Shown piece after piece: positions 31,720 through 32,000 of a stretch of DNA of 32,000 bases. The stretch covers positions 1-32,000 of the forward strand of contig NZ_KK211323.1 in assembly GCF_000621645.1 (NCBI RefSeq). Direction: 5' to 3'. This stretch comes from Vibrio cholerae ATCC 14035. GTDB lineage: Bacteria > Pseudomonadota > Gammaproteobacteria > Enterobacterales > Vibrionaceae. Within the stretch, counting starts at the first letter, position 1. The number at the start of each line of letters is the position of its first letter. A program made the position numbers and the translations under genes. The notes beneath the pieces were generated by a model. The model saw only the letters and a list, made by a program, of their open reading frames with translations. It made no database searches and was not told where the DNA came from.

Positions 31720-32000
31720 CCTTGTCAACGGCTTTGGCTTCTTGGTTGAAATCTTCCGGCTGGCATGCCGATTATGTTTACCAATTAGAAAGAGCAGTGG
31801 GTGGAGATACCCATTTGCATGGCCTATTAGCCATGTTGCTGACGTTGGCGCTGTATCGAGTGCTTTCTGCCACGAGCCACAGCTATAAGCTGGTCGTATT
31901 CACTGGCTTGTTGGTAGCGATTTGCTGTTTGATTGATGAAGGTATGCAAGCCTTCACACCACTTCGCACTTTTTCTATTCAAGACATCTTAGCCAGTTTC
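31701..32000 (+). CDS. vpsQ: VanZ-like small membrane protein, 3'-truncated by the window end
   Basis: The frame is open from 31656 to the window edge and is absent from the ORF track because no stop is reached. Translation from GTG 31701 is (M)LFGLLALSTALASWL...GGDTHLHGLLAMLLTLALY...LVAICCLIDEGMQAFTPLRTFSIQDILASF, which contains the VanZ-type D-E-x-x-Q-x-F-x-P-x-R-x-x-x-x-x-D motif. TTG 31677 and TTG 31698 are alternative starts. Confidence 0.65.
   Translation, partial: MLFGLLALSTALASWLKSSGWHADYVYQLERAVGGDTHLHGLLAMLLTLALYRVLSATSHSYKLVVFTGLLVAICCLIDEGMQAFTPLRTFSIQDILASF

Overview
The window is recognisable as the Vibrio cholerae-type biofilm-matrix region, from V. cholerae or a very close relative. 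In order it holds: a tRNA-Tyr on the minus strand (1-85); the RND efflux pair vexG-vexH (371-4539); the vps-I region with vpsU and vpsA-vpsK (4966-17239); the rbm matrix-protein cluster with rbmA, rbmB, rbmC, rbmD and one more secreted-protein gene (17459-25071); and the vps-II operon, with vpsL-vpsP complete and vpsQ cut by the window end (25561-32000). Gene names come from my memory of the N16961 locus (VC0913-VC0939) plus family motifs visible in the translations. No database search was possible. I see no rRNA, CRISPR array, transposase, integrase or prophage. The dominant system is therefore real but already well described: a Wzx/Wzy-type VPS exopolysaccharide pathway plus RbmA/RbmC matrix proteins. 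I do not claim it as novel. These less-explained items are visible directly in the sequence. (i) The Wzx-like flippase gene vpsE is split by a frame change at about 10157. (ii) An ATAAAC-N4-GTTTAT dyad is shared upstream of vpsA (an exact copy plus a looser N5 variant), rbmA and vpsL, where it lies in a 46-bp extended palindrome. (iii) A perfect 12-nt inverted repeat in the rbmA leader (14 bp with extension) would sequester the rbmA Shine-Dalgarno (SD). It has an SD-mimic alternative hairpin, and the vpsA leader has a similar layout. (iv) A CTCA-N4-TGAG-N4-CTCA-N4-TGAG array sits between divergent rbmB and rbmC. (v) rbmB is markedly AT-rich and is followed by a nested-hairpin spacer containing a G8 tract. 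(vi) The PglL/O-antigen-ligase-like rbmD lies next to a secreted protein with an Ala/Pro/Thr/Gly low-complexity tail. (vii) A short OPX protein (VpsN) is paired with a beta-barrel protein (VpsM). (viii) The orphan enzymes VpsH and VpsJ could account for unexplained VPS chemistry.
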